From positions 248,001 to 312,000 of the IMG/VR virus record IMGVR_UViG_3300050821_013430: a stretch of 64,000 nt of DNA; one strand, 5' to 3'. This document shows, piece after piece, positions 53,853-61,766 of this stretch; position 1 is the first letter of the stretch; each line of letters starts with the position of its first letter. The notes below the pieces were generated by a model that saw nothing but the letters and a program-made list of their open reading frames with translations, was not told the origin of the DNA and made no database searches. Made by a program: the position numbers and the translations under genes.

Positions 53853-53859
53853 GTGCTGC

Positions 53860-54522
53860 TTAGAGCGCTGCCCAATCGATGGGATCAGCGCCGTTATCGG
53901 TCAAGAACTGATTGGTGCGTGAGAAGTACCGTCCGCCAAACCATCCGCCACGATTAGCGCTGAGCGGACTGGGATGTACTGCCTCGATGATGAGATGCTT
54001 GGTGTTGTCCAGTAGGTGCCTTTTGCTCTTGGCAAACGACCCGAACAACAGGTACACCACCGATCTATCCAAACCATTCACCACTCGGATGATTTGGTCG
54101 GTAAAGGTCTCCCACCCAGCGGTCTTATGGGAGCCAGATTGTCCTTGTCGGACGGTAAGAACAGAGTTGAGCAGAAGAACACCTTGCTTGGCCCAACCAA
54201 TCAGACACCCATGAGATGGCGGATCGATGTTGAGATCGTCTTTCAACTCCTTGTAGATGTTGAGGAGAGAAGGCGGAGGGTCAATGCCTTTGGGTACGGA
54301 GAAGGAAAGACCGTGGGCTTGGCCTGGGTTGATATAGGGGTCTTGGCCTAAGAGAAGGCAACGCACATTATCCAAAGATGTATGCTTGAAGGCATTGAAA
54401 ATCTGGTTATGCGGAGGATACACCTCGAACTTCTTGGCATCTTCCTGCACGAACTTGATGATGTCTTGGAAGTAGGGCTTGGCTTTTTCCTCTTCGATGA
54501 TCTGCTTCCAGTTCAACTCCAT
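53860..54522 (-). CDS. ung: uracil-DNA glycosylase family 1
   Basis: LGQDPY..PGQAHGLSFSV, LLLNSVLTV, HPSPLSA. Confidence 0.95.
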   Translation of the reverse strand: MELNWKQIIEEEKAKPYFQDIIKFVQEDAKKFEVYPPHNQIFNAFKHTSLDNVRCLLLGQDPYINPGQAHGLSFSVPKGIDPPPSLLNIYKELKDDLNIDPPSHGCLIGWAKQGVLLLNSVLTVRQGQSGSHKTAGWETFTDQIIRVVNGLDRSVVYLLFGSFAKSKRHLLDNTKHLIIEAVHPSPLSANRGGWFGGRYFSRTNQFLTDNGADPIDWAAL

Positions 54523-54824
54523 ACCAATCCGATAGTGTTCTTGTTCTCTTTGGTGATCTCAGAAGGACGAGGCTCACACTGATTCACGAACCAAAAGATT
54601 GCTTCCCTCTTCTTAGACTCCTTAGGAAGACCCACATTCACTGAGCAGAAGAAGTCGTCGTCGATCTTGATGGTGGCCCCCATCTTCTCCAACTTGGTGA
54701 GAAGGGTTATGACCTCAGCATCGGTATTGAAGTTGCCATCGCCGAAAGTGTAATCGTCATAAGCAGTCATCTTGTGTATCTTGTGTCGTTCCTCAAACTC
54801 TTTACGCCAGTTCTTCTTGTACAT
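54513..54824 (-). CDS. hypothetical protein, paralog of next
   Basis: KNWRKEF...L..LE.MG..I.ID. Confidence 0.7.
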   Translation of the reverse strand: MYKKNWRKEFEERHKIHKMTAYDDYTFGDGNFNTDAEVITLLTKLEKMGATIKIDDDFFCSVNVGLPKESKKREAIFWFVNQCEPRPSEITKENKNTIGLVWS

Positions 54825-54836
54825 CGTCGTTTCCTT

Positions 54837-55136
54837 TCAGTCCCATTCTAAGACCATCTTGTTCCGTGTTTCCATATGTGCTTCCCTCGGAAGCGGCTCA
54901 GCGGTCATTGTTCGCCGTAGTATTCGATCCCTTACTCCGTGCTTGTTCTTCCCGATCGGGAGGGTCAATCGCACCTTGTTGAAGCAGACCTCATCGATCT
55001 CGATCTTGACCCCCATCTCTTCCAGGTCGGAGAGGTATTGGACTGCGTGAAGATCATCGACGAAACTGACACCACCGAAGGCGTTATGTCCTTCTTCTTG
55101 TCGGAGGTCAAACTCTTTGCGCCAGTTCTTTCTCAT
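54837..55136 (-). CDS. hypothetical protein, paralog of previous
   Basis: MRKNWRKEF...; start coupled to tag. Confidence 0.7.
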   Translation of the reverse strand: MRKNWRKEFDLRQEEGHNAFGGVSFVDDLHAVQYLSDLEEMGVKIEIDEVCFNKVRLTLPIGKNKHGVRDRILRRTMTAEPLPREAHMETRNKMVLEWD

Positions 55137-55405
55137 GGATGCCTCTGATAGCATTGAGGGCAGATATCGCAGATGACAGCCACCTTCCTCGCGGCCGAAG
55201 CATACTTGCCTCCCTCCGCCTCGAAAGGCCAATGAGTGAAACCCTCATCGCGTATAAGGCTATCATCAACGGAAGTCCATATGTCCTTCAATGAGCCTTT
55301 GAGGGACGAACAGCACTCTGAACACAAGATGACAGAAGGAAGATACACCTGAGCAAAGCCTCTGGCATCGAAGGATTTTCCGCAACGGCAACAACACCAG
55401 TTCAT
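55133..55405 (-). CDS. CPQCG-tag family, CxxC-CxxC type
   Basis: CCRC...CSEC...CPQCYQRHP*. Confidence 0.8.
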   Translation of the reverse strand: MNWCCCRCGKSFDARGFAQVYLPSVILCSECCSSLKGSLKDIWTSVDDSLIRDEGFTHWPFEAEGGKYASAARKVAVICDICPQCYQRHP

Positions 55406-55665
55406 GGATGAATCCTTTCGCATTGAGGACACAAGGGATACTTGGGTGTGATGGCGTCAATGAAGAGTCGGTTTTCCGACCACCAAGTATAACCGCACTG
55501 CTCGATCATAAGTTGGCATCCGTACGTCCAAAGTCCATTCACGCTAAGAAGCGTCTTCATGTTCTCTAAGCAGCAGTCTCGACACCAACTAACACGATCG
55601 AAACCGATCTCCCTTGTACCGTTTGTCCTTATCTCTTTGCCACAGTGAGCGCAAGGGAAGATCAT
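55402..55665 (-). CDS. CPQCG-tag family, CxxC-CxxC type
   Basis: CAHC...WCRDC...CPQCERIHP*. Confidence 0.8.
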   Translation of the reverse strand: MIFPCAHCGKEIRTNGTREIGFDRVSWCRDCCLENMKTLLSVNGLWTYGCQLMIEQCGYTWWSENRLFIDAITPKYPLCPQCERIHP

Positions 55666-55943
55666 CCGTGAACTCTCCTACACTGCGGACAAACCGAAGG
55701 CAAGGGAAGAAGCGCTTCCGCTCGCTTGGCTCGATCGGTCATATTGGGACGATCCAAGATCCAACGAGTGTATGGCTGATAGTCCAGCATGTGTTGATCG
55801 TCCTCTCCCCAGATCCCATTATCGACCAGCAGTTGTTTATCGATCATGCAACACTCTTTGCACCAGAAGACGTTCAGGTCGGTATAAGCGTATTCAACGG
55901 TCGTGATGAGTCGACCGCAGTGATGGCACCAGATCTGCTGCAT
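55662..55943 (-). CDS. CPQCG-tag family, CxxC-CxxC type
   Basis: CHHC...WCKEC...CPQCRRVHG*. Confidence 0.8.
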   Translation of the reverse strand: MQQIWCHHCGRLITTVEYAYTDLNVFWCKECCMIDKQLLVDNGIWGEDDQHMLDYQPYTRWILDRPNMTDRAKRAEALLPLPSVCPQCRRVHG

Positions 55944-56224
55944 TAGTGCTTCTTTCGGCATTGGGGGCACACGCCTTCAACAGGCATGATAGCGGCCACC
56001 TTGGCTGCTTGCTCCGCAAACACCACCCAACGCTCTAACGGCCAATGCGTATAGCCGTACTTTTCGAGTAGGCCTCGATCTTGGCCATCTATATTCACCT
56101 TCGAGGAGAGCAGGGCTGCATAGTCGGTGCAGCACTTCTTGCACCAAACGATAGTGGGCCCATAGTCTTCCAGATGCCCCTGCGAATCGATCGGGGCCGC
56201 ACAGTGATTACACGAGTACTCCAT
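55943..56224 (-). CDS. CPQCG-tag family, CxxC-CxxC type
   Basis: CNHC...WCKKC...CPQCRKKH*. Confidence 0.8.
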   Translation of the reverse strand: MEYSCNHCAAPIDSQGHLEDYGPTIVWCKKCCTDYAALLSSKVNIDGQDRGLLEKYGYTHWPLERWVVFAEQAAKVAAIMPVEGVCPQCRKKH

Positions 56225-56284
56225 ATCAGTTCTCCTTCTGTGTCTTGGTAAGCGTTGCAAACTTCATGGACAGGGCGTTCTGCT

Positions 56285-56680
56285 TCATCTGGTTGTGCAC
56301 TCCGCGTAAAAGGTGGCCGTGTAATACTGAGGAGCAACAACCATCGTCCAAGTCTTGGACTGATGGTCGGGAGCATCGGACTTGCAGGTGATGGTAGAGC
56401 CGATTGGCGTATGACCGTTGCTGCAAGCAAAGCCGGTGGTGTAGAACTTGTCATCCGAACTCGGAGAGATGCCAAGACGAACGCAAGCCCAATTGGCTTT
56501 GATCATCCGAGCAGGAAGAGAGACGCCAACGGTTTGACGAGGATCCTCCGGATACTCTACCTTGCCACGAGCATCCTCCACATAGAAGGAGTAAGTGGTA
56601 TGCAGAGGCTCGTCCGCCTTGATGGTGGTGGCGGTAGAGAGACAGGCGGTAATGAAACACAGAGAGAGAAACTTGACCAT
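56285..56680 (-). CDS. secreted hypothetical protein
   Basis: Signal-peptide-like N-terminus; AAGGAG SD. Confidence 0.65.
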   Translation of the reverse strand: MVKFLSLCFITACLSTATTIKADEPLHTTYSFYVEDARGKVEYPEDPRQTVGVSLPARMIKANWACVRLGISPSSDDKFYTTGFACSNGHTPIGSTITCKSDAPDHQSKTWTMVVAPQYYTATFYAECTTR

Positions 56681-56690
56681 GGAAAACTCC

Positions 56691-56945
56691 TTAGGGATGA
56701 ATCTTGTCGCATTGCGAACAACGAACGACTTTGGGGATGGCGCGAATGCGCTGCTTCATCTCGGCATTCACGATGCTGCTGAGGCTTGCAATTTCCTCGC
56801 AGCCCTCAACGGTGCATGGTGGCGTGAAACCAACCTCTTTCAACAGGTCAATGCCTTCGCGATGATAACAGTCAGCACACCAGAAGAGTGCGGTAGGAGC
56901 GTTATTACTCGATCGCAGAAACCTACCACAGTGATCGCAATCCAT
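56691..56945 (-). CDS. CPQCG-tag family, CxxC-CxxC type
   Basis: CDHC...WCADC...CSQCDKIHP*. Confidence 0.78.
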   Translation of the reverse strand: MDCDHCGRFLRSSNNAPTALFWCADCYHREGIDLLKEVGFTPPCTVEGCEEIASLSSIVNAEMKQRIRAIPKVVRCSQCDKIHP

Positions 56946-56947
56946 CT

Positions 56948-57223
56948 TCAACCTCCAAACGAAACCAACCAAGCCCAACTCAGATCCGCATTCAGCGGAT
57001 ACATCTCGTTCCTACCAGATAACTGGCGGGCGTCCCAGTATCGTCCCTTGTCGTCCAACCACCAGTTTTTCAGGGTGGGGAGATCGCAAGGACGCAGGAC
57101 GCTCATCGAGAAGTCTCCCCGAAACTCGGAGAGCATGACGATCCGACAGTCGGGATGGATCAGATCAGCAGAAGGAATGGGTGCCGGGCGCCATACCAAT
57201 TCGGATAGTGAGCGAATGATCAT
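56948..57223 (-). CDS. hypothetical protein (untagged)
   Basis: MIIRSL...EMYPLN; EMYPL shared with 51885..52082. Confidence 0.6.
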   Translation of the reverse strand: MIIRSLSELVWRPAPIPSADLIHPDCRIVMLSEFRGDFSMSVLRPCDLPTLKNWWLDDKGRYWDARQLSGRNEMYPLNADLSWAWLVSFGG

Positions 57224-57462
57224 GGATGGAGGTTTCCGCATTGGGGACAGATATGCTTGGCTTTATGCGCATTCAACTGCTCTGTCCATCCATCGAAACC
57301 CATCGCAAGACTGCCCTTCAACTCCTCGATATAACTCACGCTAAACTGATAGAGCCTTTGCAGTTCGGTCGCGCAAGAGAAGCAAACGATCTGATAGGAA
57401 GGACTATAAGCCCTGACGGGGCTGCACTTTTTACCACAGCAGTAGCAATCGAACATGATCAT
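57220..57462 (-). CDS. CPQCG-tag family, CxxC-CxxC type
   Basis: CYCC...CFSC...CPQCGNLHP*. Confidence 0.8.
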   Translation of the reverse strand: MIMFDCYCCGKKCSPVRAYSPSYQIVCFSCATELQRLYQFSVSYIEELKGSLAMGFDGWTEQLNAHKAKHICPQCGNLHP

Positions 57463-57468
57463 CTCCGT

Positions 57469-57705
57469 TCAGTGTTTGAGACCACACTGGGGGCATCGTG
57501 CAAGGACGTCCAGTTGGGACTCCCAGTATGTAGACCACGCCACTCCGTCGTGTTGCTTGTAGAAGATGGGGTAATCTCGCTCCCAATCGCAGCCGATGTA
57601 GTCGTAGACACGCTTGGAACAAGCGAGACAGGCTATCTTGGGCGAATACGAGGAAAGGCCATAGGGCTTATGACAAGTCGTTCCACAGAATATGCACTTA
57701 TGCAT
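57469..57705 (-). CDS. CPQCG-tag family, CxxC-CxxC type
   Basis: CIFC...CLAC...CPQCGLKH*. Confidence 0.8.
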   Translation of the reverse strand: MHKCIFCGTTCHKPYGLSSYSPKIACLACSKRVYDYIGCDWERDYPIFYKQHDGVAWSTYWESQLDVLARCPQCGLKH

Positions 57706-57949
57706 GTAGATCTCCACATTGAGGGCAATGGCCCATCCTGACTTTGACTACCGAGACAGCAAGATCCAATCTGTCCGCGCTCCCAATACTACTTTCCCAT
57801 GTCCATCCGTTTTTGATTCCCCAATCAAGGGGAGGGAATCGACCACAATACTCTTTGTACACCGGCTGCAAACACTTGGCACAAAGGATCTTCTCACAAG
57901 CCGATAGGCTCCTGTCAATGAAGACCTTGCAGATCATGCAATTAGCCAT
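57698..57949 (-). CDS. CPQCG-tag family, CxxC-CxxC type
   Basis: CMIC...CAKC...CPQCGDLHA*. Confidence 0.8.
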   Translation of the reverse strand: MANCMICKVFIDRSLSACEKILCAKCLQPVYKEYCGRFPPLDWGIKNGWTWESSIGSADRLDLAVSVVKVRMGHCPQCGDLHA

Positions 57950-57986
57950 GATGTAGCCCTCCACATTGGGGACAGCGGATGATCAA
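57942..57986 (-). other. 'empty' tag-only mini-ORF (14 codons, TTG start)
   Basis: TTG ATC ATC CGC TGT CCC CAA TGT GGA GGG CTA CAT CAT GGC TAA = (M)IIRCPQCGGLHHG*. Confidence 0.6.
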
Positions 57987-58264
57987 TGGACTTCTCCGCA
58001 CTGAGCGCATCTTACGCCCTGTTTATGGGCCTTATCGATATACTGCTCCCAATTATCGGGATACAGGGTGCCATCGGTATTGGGATACCACTCATCGTAG
58101 TTGGCTTTACATCTCTCCACCTCAGACGGAGAGTACTCACCATAAACAGCAGGAGAACAAGTCTTGCAAACCGCCAGCGGAGAATAGCCAACAAACGAGG
58201 CAGCATGAACGCGGTAAAGAGGTTTCAAGCAGAGAAAGCAGATATGAGTAGGGTTAGTGTTCAT
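57983..58264 (-). CDS. CPQCG-tag family, CxxC-CxxC type
   Basis: CFLC...CKTC...CAQCGEVH*. Confidence 0.8.
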   Translation of the reverse strand: MNTNPTHICFLCLKPLYRVHAASFVGYSPLAVCKTCSPAVYGEYSPSEVERCKANYDEWYPNTDGTLYPDNWEQYIDKAHKQGVRCAQCGEVH

Positions 58265-58467
58265 TGGCATAGTCCTATCTGGTTAGAGACGAGGCCGGAG
58301 CCAAGAATGGCCAAGGCCACACCCCATACGAAGAGGGCAATGAATAGGTAGAGGAAGGCATAGTTGACCGGATCTGTTTTGATCCGAGCGTCTTTATGCA
58401 GGTAGGCAAGGAAGACGAAGACAAAGGCGCTGACCACGAAGTAGAGGATGTTCCACCAGTACATCAT
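58261..58467 (-). CDS. small membrane protein
   Basis: Two TM segments; coupled to tag. Confidence 0.6.
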   Translation of the reverse strand: MMYWWNILYFVVSAFVFVFLAYLHKDARIKTDPVNYAFLYLFIALFVWGVALAILGSGLVSNQIGLCQ

Positions 58468-58718
58468 GAGTGAACACACTTACACTGAGGGCAGGTCAAC
58501 TCTTTTCTGACCGCTCTTAGTTCGGTAATCCAACCTTCTGCGAAACACACGGCATCAACTCTTTTAGCGGCTATCACGGCCAATCTCTCTTCCTCCTGCC
58601 CTTTATAGACAGAACTGACTTGATAGGTCTTCTTACCACATGGAAAACAGGTCATAAAGACCGCCCATTCAGGCATCAATCGTTGTAAGGTGGTTCCACA
58701 GCAAAAGCAAGTGTTCAT
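58464..58718 (-). CDS. CPQCG-tag family, CxxC-CxxC type
   Basis: CFCC...CFPC...CPQCKCVHS*. Confidence 0.8.
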   Translation of the reverse strand: MNTCFCCGTTLQRLMPEWAVFMTCFPCGKKTYQVSSVYKGQEEERLAVIAAKRVDAVCFAEGWITELRAVRKELTCPQCKCVHS

Positions 58719-59152
58719 CAGTCGTCTCCCTTATACACCGGCAGTGGAATGATCCCTTCCGGTACCTTGTAGTGTTTGGCAATCAGTCGGATGAAGTTCT
58801 CCACCTTCCGACCATCATTACGCCGCTTGACATTGAGCAAGCACTGAGCGGGGTCGTTCTCGAAGAAGACCCACTCAATAGTGGCGTGGGCACTAACTAA
58901 CTTCTCTACTGCTGTTCGGTTCTCGGGAAAGCAGAAGTGCGGATCGATCAACACCACCTTCTTGCCCTCAGCAATAGCGGCAAAGGCATCTTCCTTCTTA
59001 GAGGCTCGTCCGAGATCATCAAAGACCAGGTATCCTTGCGTGGCGTACTGAGCGCCGAGATAGGTCTTACCGCAGCCTGGCGCGCCACATATTCCAATGA
59101 CAAGCGGATCAGCCAACTTTCCCTGCCTTGACCAATCGGTCATATAGGGCAC
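58718..59152 (-). CDS. P-loop nucleotide/polynucleotide kinase-like protein
   Basis: GICGAPGCGKT Walker A, FDD, CLLNVKRR. Confidence 0.75.
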   Translation of the reverse strand: MPYMTDWSRQGKLADPLVIGICGAPGCGKTYLGAQYATQGYLVFDDLGRASKKEDAFAAIAEGKKVVLIDPHFCFPENRTAVEKLVSAHATIEWVFFENDPAQCLLNVKRRNDGRKVENFIRLIAKHYKVPEGIIPLPVYKGDD

Positions 59153-59570
59153 GGAGTTTGATCGTCTTCTTGGCGTAATCAGTGTAGTTGCCGTAGTAGT
59201 CGTTGCTACGATCTTCTGATCGAGTGATTAGATCTCGTGAAAGCCCCTTGTACTGGATGAAACTGATCTCAGGCCATAACCGCTCCAACACCTTGTCGAG
59301 AACATCGAAATCCGGCTCGGGCTCAGCATCACAAGCATAATGACTGCTCTTACCATCATCCCAACAAGAGCCACCATATTGGCCACCAGTTGTCCAATCA
59401 ACGCTTATCTGATCTCTTTCGAGACCATCCAAACCAACCAGATCGGAGATGCCATCGAGAAACTTCCGATACTCCTCAGGCTCAATCTCAGCCAGGGCCT
59501 TCTGCTTAGCCTTCTCCTGCTGCTTCTCCTGCTGCTCCTCCCACGAAGGGCGCTTCTTCTCCTTAGCCAT
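59109..59570 (-). CDS. hypothetical phage protein
   Basis: DWTTGGQYGGSCWD; start re-called. Confidence 0.65.
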   Translation of the reverse strand: MAKEKKRPSWEEQQEKQQEKAKQKALAEIEPEEYRKFLDGISDLVGLDGLERDQISVDWTTGGQYGGSCWDDGKSSHYACDAEPEPDFDVLDKVLERLWPEISFIQYKGLSRDLITRSEDRSNDYYGNYTDYAKKTIKLRALYDRLVKAGKVG

Positions 59571-59572
59571 TG

Positions 59573-59854
59573 CTATACCCCTTCCACCACCGGCTCCCAG
59601 AAACACTCCGTTCCGAAAATCCTCTGACCATCTCCCAACAGGAACATCCGGTTCAGTTTCCTTTTCGAGTGTATCTGGTACTGCGAGCCTAAGTATCGCT
59701 TGCCACGATGTCTGCCAGAAGTCCAACACCATCCCTGATAGATGGCTTCTTGTCCGTTGGACTTCTTCTCCGTCGCAACCTTCCTATTGTCGATCGCGAT
59801 CTTGACCTTGCTTCCGACCTTGATGTCTAACTCAGTTCTCTTCGTCTTCTTCAT
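59573..59854 (-). CDS. hypothetical protein
   Basis: GGAG SD. Confidence 0.6.
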   Translation of the reverse strand: MKKTKRTELDIKVGSKVKIAIDNRKVATEKKSNGQEAIYQGWCWTSGRHRGKRYLGSQYQIHSKRKLNRMFLLGDGQRIFGTECFWEPVVEGV

Positions 59855-60017
59855 CGTCATCATCTCCAATGGGCAATTCACCCTCGTCTAAGCCAACCAA
59901 CTCCTCATCCACCTCTTTCAATCCGGTATGGATGATGATCTCACCATCTTCCCCCTCAGCGAGCTCAAAGTCATTCAGAATCTCGGATAGGGCTTCCTCC
60001 AACTCGAAACGGTTCAT
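59832..60017 (-). CDS. small acidic protein
   Basis: AAGGAG SD. Confidence 0.6.
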   Translation of the reverse strand: MNRFELEEALSEILNDFELAEGEDGEIIIHTGLKEVDEELVGLDEGELPIGDDDDEEDEEN

Positions 60018-60028
60018 ACTGATACTCC

Positions 60029-60445
60029 TTAGCCCAATGAGGATGTTGCCAGGCTGGCAATGGTTTCGACGGAATCCATCTCCATCGACCTCTGCTTAGC
60101 AGCATACTGCATCCACGCTTGCGCGGCCTTGCGGGTGCGATTGGGGATCTTCTTGTCCTTGATGACATCATCCACCACTTCACGAAGGAGTTCGTGCAAG
60201 GTCGATTTAGTCCAAGGCATCAGCACTCGATTGGGGTCTTCGATGGCCCGACCCAAAGCCAATTGGCGACCAACCTTGCACTTGCAATGGTCAGCGGGAT
60301 TGCAGGTCGAGACACCATAGGAGACTTCCATTCGACTCTTGGGAATTACCATCGCAATACAAGCAACCGGAGTTCGATTCTTGTCGCGTAGGTAAAGGTA
60401 GCGGATCTGGGGAGTGTCGGTGAGATCAGTTTTCGCGAGTCGCAT
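60029..60445 (-). CDS. hypothetical phage protein
   Basis: YGVSTCNPAD...K.VGRQLALGRA. Confidence 0.7.
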   Translation of the reverse strand: MRLAKTDLTDTPQIRYLYLRDKNRTPVACIAMVIPKSRMEVSYGVSTCNPADHCKCKVGRQLALGRAIEDPNRVLMPWTKSTLHELLREVVDDVIKDKKIPNRTRKAAQAWMQYAAKQRSMEMDSVETIASLATSSLG

Positions 60446-61064
60446 GTGGTGCTTCCTTCTGTTTGAGGATCGATTTCAGGGCCAATACGATGTTGGTGAT
60501 CTGGGTTTCGGTTTCTTCGATGGTACCATCGGTAGAGACAGGTATGTCTGCGTACTTCATCTTCTCTGCTACCGGCATCTGAGCATTGACCCGTAGCAGC
60601 GCTTCTTCCCGAGAGAGGGGGTTGCGTTTCATCAGACGTTGTACTTGGGTTTCAGGAGAGCAGTAGATAAGGATGAGTGGCTTATAGACCAGCGCATGGC
60701 CCGATTCGATGATGGTAGCACCATCGAAGCAGATCAGTCTATGACCCTCTTCCGACAACTTCCCAAACTGCTTCTTGGCCTCTCGATTGATAGCGGGCAA
60801 CATCAACTTGTTGAGGACGCGTAGATGTTCAGCATCGCCAAAGACTAACGCTCCTAACTTGGTACGATTGAGAGTGCCATCGGCGTTTAGATACTCTCTA
60901 CCAAAGGTCTCAATCAGATCATCCAAAAGGAAGGTGCCCGGCTCAACCACTTGGCGAGCGATAAGATCAGCATCCACAATGGGGATGTCGTGCTTGGCGA
61001 TGACATTGGAAGCGGTGGTTTTGCCCGCGCAGATACCGCCTGTAAGACCAAAGACCCAACTCAC
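60426..61064 (-). CDS. coaE: dephospho-CoA kinase
   Basis: GLTGGICAGKTT, VDADLIARQVV, LNRTKLGALVF, Q..RLMKRN, RVNAQMP, AD...DG. Confidence 0.93.
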   Translation of the reverse strand: MSWVFGLTGGICAGKTTASNVIAKHDIPIVDADLIARQVVEPGTFLLDDLIETFGREYLNADGTLNRTKLGALVFGDAEHLRVLNKLMLPAINREAKKQFGKLSEEGHRLICFDGATIIESGHALVYKPLILIYCSPETQVQRLMKRNPLSREEALLRVNAQMPVAEKMKYADIPVSTDGTIEETETQITNIVLALKSILKQKEAPHATREN

Positions 61065-61396
61065 AGTTCCACCTCGGTCTCTTCTTCAACCGGCTCTATC
61101 GGCTCAATTGGCTTGATCTCTTCCTCTACCTTAGTCTCTACGACTGGGATAGAGTTGAGCCGTTGGCACATAGCCAGATGTTGTTGGCCCGCCTCGAAGA
61201 GGTTAGTAGCGACTTCGAGATTGGTGGGCCCTACGATACACCACTGATTGATGGAGAAGAGGGTATGTACCTTCCGACCATCGGCGAGGGTGGTGCGAAT
61301 CCTAAGCAGGGGCTCAAACACTGAGCCACCTGAGTTTCTTGACCAGAAGCCACTTTCCAATGCGCTTGGAGAAGAGGAGAGTGAGAAACGGAACAA
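61061..61396 (-). CDS. hypothetical protein
   Basis: Coupled ORF. Confidence 0.55.
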   Translation of the reverse strand: MFRFSLSSSPSALESGFWSRNSGGSVFEPLLRIRTTLADGRKVHTLFSINQWCIVGPTNLEVATNLFEAGQQHLAMCQRLNSIPVVETKVEEEIKPIEPIEPVEEETEVEL

Positions 61397-61766
61397 GAAG
61401 CGTGCCTATCCCGATAAACCAACCGACCAGCCAACTTCCCATTTCATCGGCAGTCCCAAGTGATTGTTTGGTCAATTGCAATCCGTACCAATGACGACCC
61501 ACATATAGTCCAAGGTCGGACGTCTTGGGGAAGACCACCCAAAGAGCCAACAAGGCCACCATCGTGGCTGCGGCGAGAAAGAGCATCCCACTTAGCATGA
61601 TGAGAGCGTGCTTGCCAATCTTGGGCATATGGTTGCTCTTGCGAAGAAAGGCTTTCAGCAGAGCCGAGAGTTTCTCTCCCGTCCCAACGCCCGCCTCTCC
61701 GGTCAATAGTCCGGAACGATAGGGATGATTGGAGACGACTTGATGGCAGGTCTTACAGGTGTCCAT
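61314..61766 (-). CDS. membrane protein
   Basis: Two TM segments. Confidence 0.55.
   Translation of the reverse strand: MDTCKTCHQVVSNHPYRSGLLTGEAGVGTGEKLSALLKAFLRKSNHMPKIGKHALIMLSGMLFLAAATMVALLALWVVFPKTSDLGLYVGRHWYGLQLTKQSLGTADEMGSWLVGWFIGIGTLLVPFLTLLFSKRIGKWLLVKKLRWLSV

Noticed and set aside
11900-55432. Track N-terminal extensions such as MSSMRR..., MPSMWR..., MWRKAS...
   Set aside because: They are the alternate-frame reading of the upstream tag DNA (tgtcctcaatgcgg); the true starts are the coupled ATG/TTG at the tag stop.
56595-57344. Long plus-strand ORFs (this one, 48285..48791, 50896..51396, 46080..46586 and similar)
   Set aside because: They are antisense shadows of well-supported minus-strand genes, with no motifs or SD.
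2241-58718. Recurrent ccRcaYtgNggRca DNA as a CRISPR array, integron attC sites or DGR repeats
   Set aside because: Copies vary at codon wobble positions and are separated by 150-400 nt ORFs. I saw no palindromic attC structure, and no cas, integrase or reverse transcriptase in the window. A recombinase elsewhere in the genome is not excluded.
2241-58718. CPQCGxxH as a c-type haem-binding motif
   Set aside because: Haem attachment needs CxxCH with His immediately after the second Cys; here His is four residues later, and the proteins lack signal peptides.
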